A stretch of 52,723 nucleotides of DNA from an uncultured Candidatus Saccharibacteria bacterium (lineage in GTDB: Bacteria > Patescibacteriota > Doudnabacteria > UBA920): positions 1 to 52,723 of the forward strand of contig CAZQZS010000005.1 in assembly GCA_964597895.1 (NCBI GenBank). The letters run 5' to 3'. Positions 44,824 through 52,723 of the stretch are shown here, one piece after another (position 1 is the stretch's first letter; each line of letters starts with the position of its first letter). The position numbers were made by a program, and so were the translations under genes. The notes under the pieces were generated by a model, which had not been told where the DNA came from, did no database searches, and saw nothing but the letters and a program-made list of their open reading frames with translations.

Positions 44824-45744
44824 ATGGCATTAGACATACAAAAAACTATTACTGATGCGATTACTTATTTAGACCAAGAACGGGCTAGAGAAGTTTTAAG
44901 TTATGTCGCAAAGCATCCTTCCACGCAGCTTGATCCAGGCGATCAAGCAAGGTTGAATTATTTAAGGCTTACGAGCATAGATGAAGATCGCGCCTTAGGA
45001 TTGATGCAGCGGTCAATTCTAGCAGCTTATACTATAGAAGGGTATCAGCTAGAGCAAAAGCTAGTAGATTATCTGGAGCAGTTGGAATACGCGCCAGACA
45101 TCATGGACTTCGTCTATAAGCTCCGTGATATTCTAAGTTCGCATAACGAACAGCTCGGCAGCAAAGAGATTGTTGTCGGAGGAAAGCAAACTCCGCCGAC
45201 TATCGGCAATTGGATGGCTGACTACTCAGCTTTTGCGGGTAAGAATCAGCATGATGCTTTGCTGCAAGTTAAATATGTTAACACTTCGCAGAATGCAAAA
45301 ATCTTGAGCGCTGCTGAGAAACGAGTTTTGCAGAGCTTGATCAGTATCTACGATCATTTGCAGAGATACATTGAGATGTGGGAATTAATTCCAGACGAGT
45401 TCCCACCTGATGAGCAGCAAGAATTAAAGCGGAAGTTGGAGCAAATTTTTGACAGTGAGTTACCAACAGCAGAACAGAGCGTTTCGGAGCCCGTTGAGCC
45501 AGCGAGCAGCACTCCAATTGAAGCGGCGCGGCCAGTAGCCCCAAGTTTTAAAATACCGTTGCAAAAAGATTTAGACTTAAGCACAGCCAAGCGCGGCGGT
45601 TTGGTATTTGATCAGCCAACTAATGTTAATTTGGATGACGAAATGCAGTCGCAAACCGAAAAACGCCGCAACGAATTAGCCATTCAAGCTAAGTTGGAAG
45701 CATTAAAGCAAAAGCAAGGTATTAATGATCAAGAGAGTAGTTAA
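44824..45744 (+). CDS. Hypothetical protein of the T4SS-like operon
   Basis: Long ORF with 3-7 nt spacing to neighbours; IGNWMADY motif. Confidence 0.7.
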   Translation: MALDIQKTITDAITYLDQERAREVLSYVAKHPSTQLDPGDQARLNYLRLTSIDEDRALGLMQRSILAAYTIEGYQLEQKLVDYLEQLEYAPDIMDFVYKLRDILSSHNEQLGSKEIVVGGKQTPPTIGNWMADYSAFAGKNQHDALLQVKYVNTSQNAKILSAAEKRVLQSLISIYDHLQRYIEMWELIPDEFPPDEQQELKRKLEQIFDSELPTAEQSVSEPVEPASSTPIEAARPVAPSFKIPLQKDLDLSTAKRGGLVFDQPTNVNLDDEMQSQTEKRRNELAIQAKLEALKQKQGINDQESS

Positions 45745-45747
45745 CCT

Positions 45748-46518
45748 ATGTTAGACCCGATCAAAATGCAAAAAATTACTCAACTGGTACAGAACGCCAG
45801 CATTTTGAACGCGCAAGAAAAAGCCGAGTGGTTGTCTTTGATGGGTTTGATGAATGATAAACAGCTGGCCGAACTAGAAACTATTCTCCAAGGTTCGGGG
45901 AGCGCTGAGGTGATTCAACAGGCAGAAGCACCAAAACCTTCGCCGATTATTGAAGCACAGACCCCGTCTCTTGGTCATATTAGTAATTTACCTAGCCGGA
46001 TGACCGATCCTCGCCTAGCTATTAAACCGGCGCAGTCAGTGTCTACTCCTGGTCCAGAACGGGATTTTGCGCGTAATTCTAAAATTGCGCCCATGCAGAC
46101 GACCCAACCTGCAGATCGTCCTCTTCCAGATGTGTCCGAGCCTAAACCTGTTAGAAAGCCAGATGTTTCCGACGCAGGCCTAGCCACTGGTAAGCCAGTC
46201 ATTTCTAGTCCTGCTATGGAACAAGCGGTTGGTAAAGACTTGAAGCTTCTTGTCATTGACGACATTAAACACCTTACCGCCGAAGCTTTACATCACCGCA
46301 ATCGTGCTAATTTTTTCGCTGCTATCAGCGCTTTATCTGAAACAGAAGGCTACTTTAATATCCTTACACATTTTGAAGAAAGCCCGTTGTATCAGGATTA
46401 TTTGAATTATGGCAAGCTGTTACTGAGTGGTGCTAGCGGTGATAATTTACCTTTGAGTCAAGAGGAATTTGAGTTTGTGGCCGATTTACTGCAAGCGCTT
46501 AAAATTAATCGCGTTTAG
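45748..46518 (+). CDS. Hypothetical protein with Pro-rich linker
   Basis: Helical N- and C-terminal domains (FEESPLYQDYLNYG) joined by a Pro-rich spacer. Confidence 0.7.
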   Translation: MLDPIKMQKITQLVQNASILNAQEKAEWLSLMGLMNDKQLAELETILQGSGSAEVIQQAEAPKPSPIIEAQTPSLGHISNLPSRMTDPRLAIKPAQSVSTPGPERDFARNSKIAPMQTTQPADRPLPDVSEPKPVRKPDVSDAGLATGKPVISSPAMEQAVGKDLKLLVIDDIKHLTAEALHHRNRANFFAAISALSETEGYFNILTHFEESPLYQDYLNYGKLLLSGASGDNLPLSQEEFEFVADLLQALKINRV

Positions 46519-46544
46519 TTTGATATAATTACTAAGAATTACGA

Positions 46545-46690
46545 GCCGTCTGGCTTTGCCAGCGGCGAGTAAACATTCGGAAAGGGGAGGCAGATTCGCG
46601 AAGCGAATCGTTGGAAGGGGTCCGGGTTAAGTCCAAACTTGATTTGGACTGCTAACCGGTGAAAACCCCTTCTGGGTTTTCCCCTTCAAG
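46545..46690 (+). other. Highly structured intergenic element / 5' leader of prgI-virB4
   Basis: Four hairpins, the last two enclosed by a GAAGGGG/CCCCTTC stem; TGATATAAT at 46521-46529 upstream. Confidence 0.65.
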
Positions 46691-46697
46691 GCACTCT

Positions 46698-47147
46698 ATG
46701 CAATTCCCAGTCCCACAATTTACCGATGTAGAAGATAAGATTATTGCCGGCTTAACTTTTAAGCAATTCGCAATCATTTTTGGCGCGGGTGTGTTTACGT
46801 TTGTAATCTATACAATCAGTAAAAATCTGCCTATTACTATTGCGGTAGGATTGTTTACAGGTGTGCCAGCTTTGGCTTTGGTGTTCGGCAAACTGAATGG
46901 CCGACCGCTGTATGCTAGCGCTGGGAATTTTATTCAGTATTTGTTCGGCTCTAAGATTTATGTTTATCACAAAGAGGGTAAGGATTTTCTTGATGAACAG
47001 ATACCTGTTGCTATAGAAGAGCAGGTGGCTCCGAAAGACAGCAAAGAAACTGCGGTAAAAATCAAAGAGTTAAATTATCTTTTACAACAACAACAATCTG
47101 AGCAAAGCAAGCTGGTAGAGATGATTAAGCAAAACCGCGGCAAATAA
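46698..47147 (+). CDS. PrgI-family protein (VirB3-like)
   Basis: Start revised to MQFPVPQFTDVEDKIIAGLTFKQF; two TM helices; LNGRPL. Confidence 0.85.
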   Translation: MQFPVPQFTDVEDKIIAGLTFKQFAIIFGAGVFTFVIYTISKNLPITIAVGLFTGVPALALVFGKLNGRPLYASAGNFIQYLFGSKIYVYHKEGKDFLDEQIPVAIEEQVAPKDSKETAVKIKELNYLLQQQQSEQSKLVEMIKQNRGK

Positions 47148-47153
47148 ATTATC

Positions 47154-47840
47154 ATGGCTCAAACAAACACCAAAAAATTATTAGGAACTCCTACACAGCA
47201 GTTTCTTAAACTTTCGGAAATCCGAGATGATTTAATTGTGATGAATGACGGCACTTTGCGTTCAGTGTTAGCAGTTTCCTCCACTAACTTTGACCTCAAG
47301 AGCGAGGAAGAGCAGAATGCATTAATTTACAGCTACCAAAGATTTTTAAATTCATTGGAGTTTCATATTCAGATCGTGGTTCAGTCCCGCAAGATGGATA
47401 TTGCCGAATATATGGGCAAGCTTAAAGTTATGGCCGAGAAACAGACTAACGAGCTTTTGCGCATGCAGACTCAAGAATATATAGAGTTCATTGACCGCCT
47501 AGTGGAATCAGCCAATGTTATGAACAAGAATTTTTATGTGATCGTTCCTTATGATATCAGTATCAACCCTGCTGCCACTAGCTTGTTTGGTAAATTATTT
47601 GGTACAGGCAAAGTTAAGGAAATCGCTGATCGTGAAGCTAATTTAAGTAATGCAAAAAGACAATTAGATGAGCGCACTAACACTGTCTCGGCCACTTTAG
47701 CGGGTAGCGGTTTGCGGGTAGTCCGGCTTAACACTGATCAGTTGATTGAGTTGGTATATAATTCATATAATTTTGCCTCAGGCCCAAGCATTGATGCTAG
47801 TCAATTGCCCAAAATAACTATTCGTGACCTTTCTAAATAA
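47154..47840 (+). CDS. Conserved T4SS-associated protein preceding VirB4-like ATPase
   Basis: STNFDLKSEEEQNALIYSYQRFLNSL, QIVVQSRKMDI, KNFYVIVPY; located between prgI and virB4. Confidence 0.75.
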   Translation: MAQTNTKKLLGTPTQQFLKLSEIRDDLIVMNDGTLRSVLAVSSTNFDLKSEEEQNALIYSYQRFLNSLEFHIQIVVQSRKMDIAEYMGKLKVMAEKQTNELLRMQTQEYIEFIDRLVESANVMNKNFYVIVPYDISINPAATSLFGKLFGTGKVKEIADREANLSNAKRQLDERTNTVSATLAGSGLRVVRLNTDQLIELVYNSYNFASGPSIDASQLPKITIRDLSK

Positions 47841-47841
47841 T

Positions 47842-49689
47842 ATGCCTCTATTTTCTATAAACAAAAGCGAAATAGACAAGAAAAAGGCCGAACTTGAGCA
47901 TCTAAAAGGCCAAGTTTCTGCCGATACAAAACTGGCCGAAGTAGAAAAGCAGTATCGCGAAGGTGTAACAACTTTGCGGGATTTGCTGGCGCCAGCCTCC
48001 CTTAAGTTTACCAATTCTTACTTTGAACTCAACGGCAAGTTTGGCCGCAGTTTCTTTGTGCTCGCTTATCCTCGGTTTTTGTCTTCTAACTGGCTGTCTT
48101 TTATTATTAACTCCGAAAGCGCTTTGGACGTATCAATGTTTATCTATCCGATAGATTCTGGCATGGTGCTAAAGAAGCTCAAGAGTAAAATCGGTGAAAT
48201 TGGTTCGCAGATTACCATAGAACAGGAAAAAGGTTTGGCCCGTAACCCGCTTTTAGAAACGGCTTATCATGATGTGGAGGAGCTGCGTGACCAGCTCCAG
48301 CAGGGTGTTGAACACTTCTTCCGCTTTGGTTTGTATTTCACTTTGTACTCTGACAGCTTGGAAGAACTAGATAAGAACTCCAAAATTTTGGAAAGCGCTT
48401 TGGGTGCGAAGCTAGTGGTCACTAAGCGTGCCATGCTCGCCGTGGAAGCCGGCTTTAATTCCACGCTACCTTTGGCGGTAGACGAACTGGACGTGGCTAG
48501 TAATCTTAACACCAGTCCTTTGTCTAGCACTTTCCCGTTTGTTTCTTCGGATTTAACCGGCAATGACGGAATTTTATACGGCATCAATCGCCACAACAAC
48601 AGTTTGATTTTATTTGACCGTTTCCAAATGGAGAACGCCAACTTTGTGGTGTTTGCCAAATCTGGTGCTGGTAAGTCTTATGCCGTGAAGCTGGAAATCC
48701 TGCGTTCCTTGATGGTTGGGATAGAGGTGATTGTTATTGACCCAGAAAATGAATATCAGCATCTGGCCGAAGCCGTGGGCGGAACGTACATCAATATTTC
48801 TTTAAATTCCGATTTCCGTATTAATCCGTTTGATTTGCCGATTGGCTTAGAAGACGAAGACAAGGCGGACATTTTGCGCAGCGCCATTATCAACTTGGTT
48901 GGTTTGATGGGGCTGGTGCTTGGGAAGCTTGATCCAACCGAAGAAGCTATTTTAGACAAGGCGCTTTGGGCAACTTACGCTAAGAAAGACATCACCGAGA
49001 ATTCCGATTTTGCCACTGCCGAGATGCCAATCATGAGCGATTTGATTGAAATTCTTTCTGGTATGGTTGGCGGGGAGAGCCTTGCTCAGCGTTTGGGCAA
49101 ATTTACCGAAGGCACTTTTGCGGGACTATTAAACAACCAAACCAACGTTGTGCTCAAGAATCAATTGTTAGTATTTTCTATCCGTGATTTGGAAGACCAG
49201 CTGCGGCCGATTGCCATGTATATCATTTTAGGACACATTTGGAATGTAGTGCGCAGCGAACTCAAAAAGCGCATTATGGTGCTTGATGAAGCTTGGATCA
49301 TGATGCAGCACGAAGATTCTGCCCGCTTTGTGTTTGGCATTGCCAAGCGTGCCCGCAAGTATTATCTTGGCTTAACAACCATCACGCAAGACGTGGCAGA
49401 TTTTATGGCTAGTCCTTACGGCAAACCAATTGTTACCAACTCATCCATTCAGCTGCTCTTAAAGCAAAGTCCAGCCGCCATAGATATTGTTCAAGAGACT
49501 TTCTTCTTAACGGAAGGGGAAAAGTATCTCTTACTGGAAAGCGACGTTGGTGAAGGCATTTTCTTTGCTGGCCTAAAGCATGCCGCCATCAAGATTTATG
49601 CTTCGTATGTGGAAGACCAGATTATTACTACAGACCCTAAACAGCTATTAGAAATTGAGCAAAGCAAAGAAGAACTAGCCGGTCAGTAA
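47842..49689 (+). CDS. VirB4/TraC-like conjugative-transfer ATPase
   Basis: Walker A AKSGAGKS, VIDPENEY, INPFDL, Walker B VLDEAW, KRARKY, TITQDV; start revised to MPLFS. Confidence 0.92.
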   Translation: MPLFSINKSEIDKKKAELEHLKGQVSADTKLAEVEKQYREGVTTLRDLLAPASLKFTNSYFELNGKFGRSFFVLAYPRFLSSNWLSFIINSESALDVSMFIYPIDSGMVLKKLKSKIGEIGSQITIEQEKGLARNPLLETAYHDVEELRDQLQQGVEHFFRFGLYFTLYSDSLEELDKNSKILESALGAKLVVTKRAMLAVEAGFNSTLPLAVDELDVASNLNTSPLSSTFPFVSSDLTGNDGILYGINRHNNSLILFDRFQMENANFVVFAKSGAGKSYAVKLEILRSLMVGIEVIVIDPENEYQHLAEAVGGTYINISLNSDFRINPFDLPIGLEDEDKADILRSAIINLVGLMGLVLGKLDPTEEAILDKALWATYAKKDITENSDFATAEMPIMSDLIEILSGMVGGESLAQRLGKFTEGTFAGLLNNQTNVVLKNQLLVFSIRDLEDQLRPIAMYIILGHIWNVVRSELKKRIMVLDEAWIMMQHEDSARFVFGIAKRARKYYLGLTTITQDVADFMASPYGKPIVTNSSIQLLLKQSPAAIDIVQETFFLTEGEKYLLLESDVGEGIFFAGLKHAAIKIYASYVEDQIITTDPKQLLEIEQSKEELAGQ

Positions 49690-49690
49690 T

Positions 49691-50785
49691 ATGCGCTACT
49701 TAGATGCTACCAATTTTCAAGGTTCCGATTCAGATGAATCTCTCTTGCCAGACGAGGGAGATTCTTTTGCTAATGAACCAATCCCTCAAGATTCGCCGTT
49801 TAAAGAACGTTCTGGACTACAAGTTAGTGAGCTGATTAAACAGAAAGCAAAAGACCGAGCCATTCGGCGATTAAACCGTCCAATAGATAAGAAACTGACT
49901 TCAGTGGGCCAGCGCGCAGGGTTTTCTAGCGATGTCTTGTCGGGTTTAAGCAGTGATACAGATGAGAACCGCGAACGGTTAAAAGAAGAAGCTCGCGAGC
50001 GAGCCAAGAGTTACTCAAAGGATGTGGGAAAGAAGCTGGACAACCGGATTGCAAGCCGTGGTTTGCAGACAAGCGAGAAGGTGGCCGGTGATGTGGGCCG
50101 AGGTGCTCGGGCAGCTCAAGAAGCGCGTGCGGCGGCTACAGCCGCTAAAGGCGCAAAAACAGCTGCTGCAACTGCTAAAGGCGCGAAAGCTGCCGGTACA
50201 GCGGTAAAAGGCGTACAGGGTGCGATTGCAGTGGCTGGAGTTGCTTCTGGCCCAGAAACTTTAGGACTCGGCACTATTGCAGCCTTGCTTCTAAATATCG
50301 CGATTGGTCTTGGAATCAGCGATGCGATTGATTGTCTGTTTGAACTCAAGAATGGCAATCTCAAACAAGCGATGTTTCATGCGATCAAGGCCATTTATCT
50401 GATCCAGGGATTCCTTTGGCTGTTAGTTGCGCTCATTTTAAATATTAGCGTTGTGGGAATGATCGTGGGTGCGCCGCTGCTGTTAATCATGAACATTTAC
50501 ATGGTTTTGGGAATGTTTTTCCCTGACGTTCCTCATTTGCAAGGCTTGTCTCGAAAGTGGATGATGGCAATCATTTTATTGTTGGATATTTTTGTGATTG
50601 TCATGATTATCACAGTTGCAGCGGGGGTGCTGTATGGAATTTGCACCCAAACAGTGATTGGTTCACTCATCGGTTGGACAGGCATAATAGGCGATGCCAT
50701 CAACTATTTAGACACCAACTATGGCACAGGCGGTGCAGTTGCGGGTTTAAACCAAGCCTGCGCAGCAGTCCAGTCTTTTAAGTAA
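49691..50785 (+). CDS. Hypothetical protein with charged N-terminus, Ala/Lys repeats and several C-terminal TM helices
   Basis: AKGAKTAAAT 10-aa repeats; hydrophobic C-terminal half. Confidence 0.7.
   Translation: MRYLDATNFQGSDSDESLLPDEGDSFANEPIPQDSPFKERSGLQVSELIKQKAKDRAIRRLNRPIDKKLTSVGQRAGFSSDVLSGLSSDTDENRERLKEEARERAKSYSKDVGKKLDNRIASRGLQTSEKVAGDVGRGARAAQEARAAATAAKGAKTAAATAKGAKAAGTAVKGVQGAIAVAGVASGPETLGLGTIAALLLNIAIGLGISDAIDCLFELKNGNLKQAMFHAIKAIYLIQGFLWLLVALILNISVVGMIVGAPLLLIMNIYMVLGMFFPDVPHLQGLSRKWMMAIILLLDIFVIVMIITVAAGVLYGICTQTVIGSLIGWTGIIGDAINYLDTNYGTGGAVAGLNQACAAVQSFK
50144..50214 (+). repeat. 30-nt period tandem repeat within CDS
   Basis: GCTAAAGGCGC at 50144 and 50174, GTAAAAGGCG at 50204. 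Confidence 0.6.
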
Positions 50786-50923
50786 GCCTTGGAAATATCA
50801 AAGGAATTGTGCTATAATAAATAAAAGTCTTGAATTAGAAACTAATACAAAATTATTGATTCTGGCTTTACCAGGGACTGTGTCAGACGCAGGCCTTGCT
50901 GCGAGCAGAATAACGGACTATGA

Positions 50924-52108
50924 ATGAATAAAAAAGCTATAGCGATTTTGGGAGGAGTGTTTCTGTTAATCATCGCCACATTAGGGGTGATTATATATCT
51001 GCGTTCAAGCTCAGGCTCAGACTCCGAATCACAGATTGTTGTGGAAGGTAATGTGCCGTTTCCGGTAGTGCCCGAGGTGGATGTGCCAGAACCGATTCAG
51101 CCTGATTCGGGATCTGGCGAGAACCAAACCAATACTGGTGCTGAGCAGGTTGGCCGCGGTGCTAGCAAACTTACAGATGAGGCAGTGATCACGCCAGCGC
51201 TATTTTTTCAGGGCAACGGCATTGCATATTTTAACCGTAACGGACAATTGTTCCGTACCGATATGGCCGTATCAGGCAGCACTGTGTTGCTTAGCAATAA
51301 GACTGAACTTACTATTCCGCCAAAAACTGGCATCAATAGAATTCTTTGGCCAGCAGTTGGCAGCAGTTTTATCGCTGAGTCAGGTTTGGGTATCGCCAAG
51401 CAGTGGAGCTATTACAACCCCGCCACAGGGCAGTATATTGAACTGCCATCGCAAGTAAAAAGCGTGTCTTGGATGCCTGCTGGAGATAAAATCGTGTTTG
51501 TATGGGTGGATGCCAATAACAATTCTTCGGTCAACAAGGCTAATCCCGACACTAGCGAGTATGAGTCAATTTCCGAATTGTACGATTCAGATACCGTGCT
51601 TAGTGTTTCTCCTGACGGGCGTTTAATTGCTTATTACCGCAGTCAAAATTCTAACCAGACACAGAACGTCATTTTTACTTCAACCATCAATGGCACTGAT
51701 TGGACAAACGTAGTAGCGGACGGATTTAATAAGGGCGTTTTATGGAGTCCCGATAGCCGGAAAATTTTGTTTAGCAAGCGGGATCCTGCCACTTCAAAGT
51801 TTAGTTTGTGGGTGGTGGATCTAGCAACTGGGCAATCAAAGAATCTCGGCGTTTCAACTCTGGAGTCAAAGGCTGTATGGACTCGCGATAGTCAGAGTAT
51901 TGTGGTGGCTGTGCCAACTTCCGGAACGGCAGGCGAAGGTGTTACTCAAGACACTATTTATAAGATTGATGTCGGAACAGGTAGTCGTACGGAATTCACC
52001 CCTGGCAGTGGCATGGATGCCCAAGAATTATTTTTAAGCTTAGACGAGAACATTCTGTTCTTCAGAAACGCTCAAGACGGTTACCTCTACTATCTATTCG
52101 TGCAGTAA
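50924..52108 (+). CDS. Membrane-anchored TolB-like beta-propeller protein
   Basis: N-terminal TM; repeated SWMPAGDKI, VSPDGRLIAY, WSPDSRKILF, WTRDSQSI. Confidence 0.8.
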   Translation: MNKKAIAILGGVFLLIIATLGVIIYLRSSSGSDSESQIVVEGNVPFPVVPEVDVPEPIQPDSGSGENQTNTGAEQVGRGASKLTDEAVITPALFFQGNGIAYFNRNGQLFRTDMAVSGSTVLLSNKTELTIPPKTGINRILWPAVGSSFIAESGLGIAKQWSYYNPATGQYIELPSQVKSVSWMPAGDKIVFVWVDANNNSSVNKANPDTSEYESISELYDSDTVLSVSPDGRLIAYYRSQNSNQTQNVIFTSTINGTDWTNVVADGFNKGVLWSPDSRKILFSKRDPATSKFSLWVVDLATGQSKNLGVSTLESKAVWTRDSQSIVVAVPTSGTAGEGVTQDTIYKIDVGTGSRTEFTPGSGMDAQELFLSLDENILFFRNAQDGYLYYLFVQ

Positions 52109-52117
52109 TCATTTCAA

Positions 52118-52141
52118 AAAAGCCCCGCGAGCGGGGCTTTT
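52118..52141 (+). terminator. Intrinsic terminator
   Basis: AAAAGCCCCGC-GA-GCGGGGCTTTT. Confidence 0.75.
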
Positions 52142-52186
52142 AAATTTCTTGATTATTGCTTGAGCTGCTTAGGGTATAATAAATCT

Positions 52187-52723
52187 ATGAGCTTAAAAAG
52201 CGTATATATTTGCGAAAATTGTGGGTTTCAAAGCCCTCGGTGGCAAGGCAAATGTCCGTCTTGCGAACAATGGAATACATTTCAGGAACAATTGGTGCAG
52301 TCAGCCAAAAAAGGGGTTGCAGTTTCGGCGAACAGCCAGGCTAAGCCTGTGCAGTTATCCGAAGTCAAACAGCATAGCGTCCCAAGGATTAATACTAAAA
52401 TTTCGGAGCTAGATTTGGTTTTGGGCGGCGGAATAGTTCCTGGTTCTGTAATCTTGCTCGGAGGCGATCCAGGAATCGGCAAGTCCACCCTGGCACTGCA
52501 ATTAGCTAATTTATTGGAAAAGGCACAGCAGCGGGTATTGTATGTATCCGGAGAAGAATCCGCCCAGCAGATTGCCATGCGCAACCAGAGACTGGCTTTA
52601 AATGAAGACATTTCTGTTCTTGCAGAAACAGACTTAGAAACCGCCTTGGCCAGTATAGAAAGCTTTAAGCCAAGCGTAGTCGTAGTTGATTCTATTCAAA
52701 CTATGAGCTCTTCCGAAGCCGGC
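52187..52723 (+). CDS. radA: DNA repair protein RadA/Sms, 5' part (runs off window; not in ORF track)
   Basis: MSLKSVYICENCGFQSPRWQGKCPSCEQWNT zinc finger; GGDPGIGKST Walker A; YVSGEES; VVVDSIQT. Confidence 0.95.
   Translation, partial: MSLKSVYICENCGFQSPRWQGKCPSCEQWNTFQEQLVQSAKKGVAVSANSQAKPVQLSEVKQHSVPRINTKISELDLVLGGGIVPGSVILLGGDPGIGKSTLALQLANLLEKAQQRVLYVSGEESAQQIAMRNQRLALNEDISVLAETDLETALASIESFKPSVVVVDSIQTMSSSEAG

Overview
A compact bacterial chromosomal segment in standard genetic code. Gene content suggests a Patescibacteria/CPR genome (inference): pilin cluster, PaaX/Cas2-like regulator, PrgI/VirB4-like operon, long tmRNA tag, and housekeeping genes without SD sites. In order it holds a truncated tRNA-Asn, a three-gene type IV pilin/PilX cluster, glycerate kinase plus a 2-hydroxyacid dehydrogenase, and nrdR-nrdA-nrdB with tandem NrdR boxes. 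Next come infC-rpmI-rplT, an NRAMP transporter, ssrA/smpB, argS, ileS, recO, a LysM-CHAP hydrolase, pcrA and rsmA. It ends with a ~13.7 kb T4SS-like operon (VirB6-like, PrgI, VirB4) and the start of radA. The most unusual part is a ~2.3 kb islet between the tmRNA 3' end and a duplicated copy of that end. It carries two tiny Cys-containing peptide ORFs missing from the ORF track, each with a strong SD and a downstream hairpin, plus an HExxH metallopeptidase, a possible truncated paralog of it and a SAM methyltransferase. Other notable signals: many genes look leaderless (ATG exactly 7 nt after a -10 hexamer) while orphan small genes have strong SD sites; a 166-nt imperfect palindrome; a GTAG-bearing REP-like repeat family; a degenerate J-domain pair; and a 45-aa ORF that is almost all signal peptide at the head of the T4SS-like operon. 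All family assignments come from motif recognition by eye; no searches were run.
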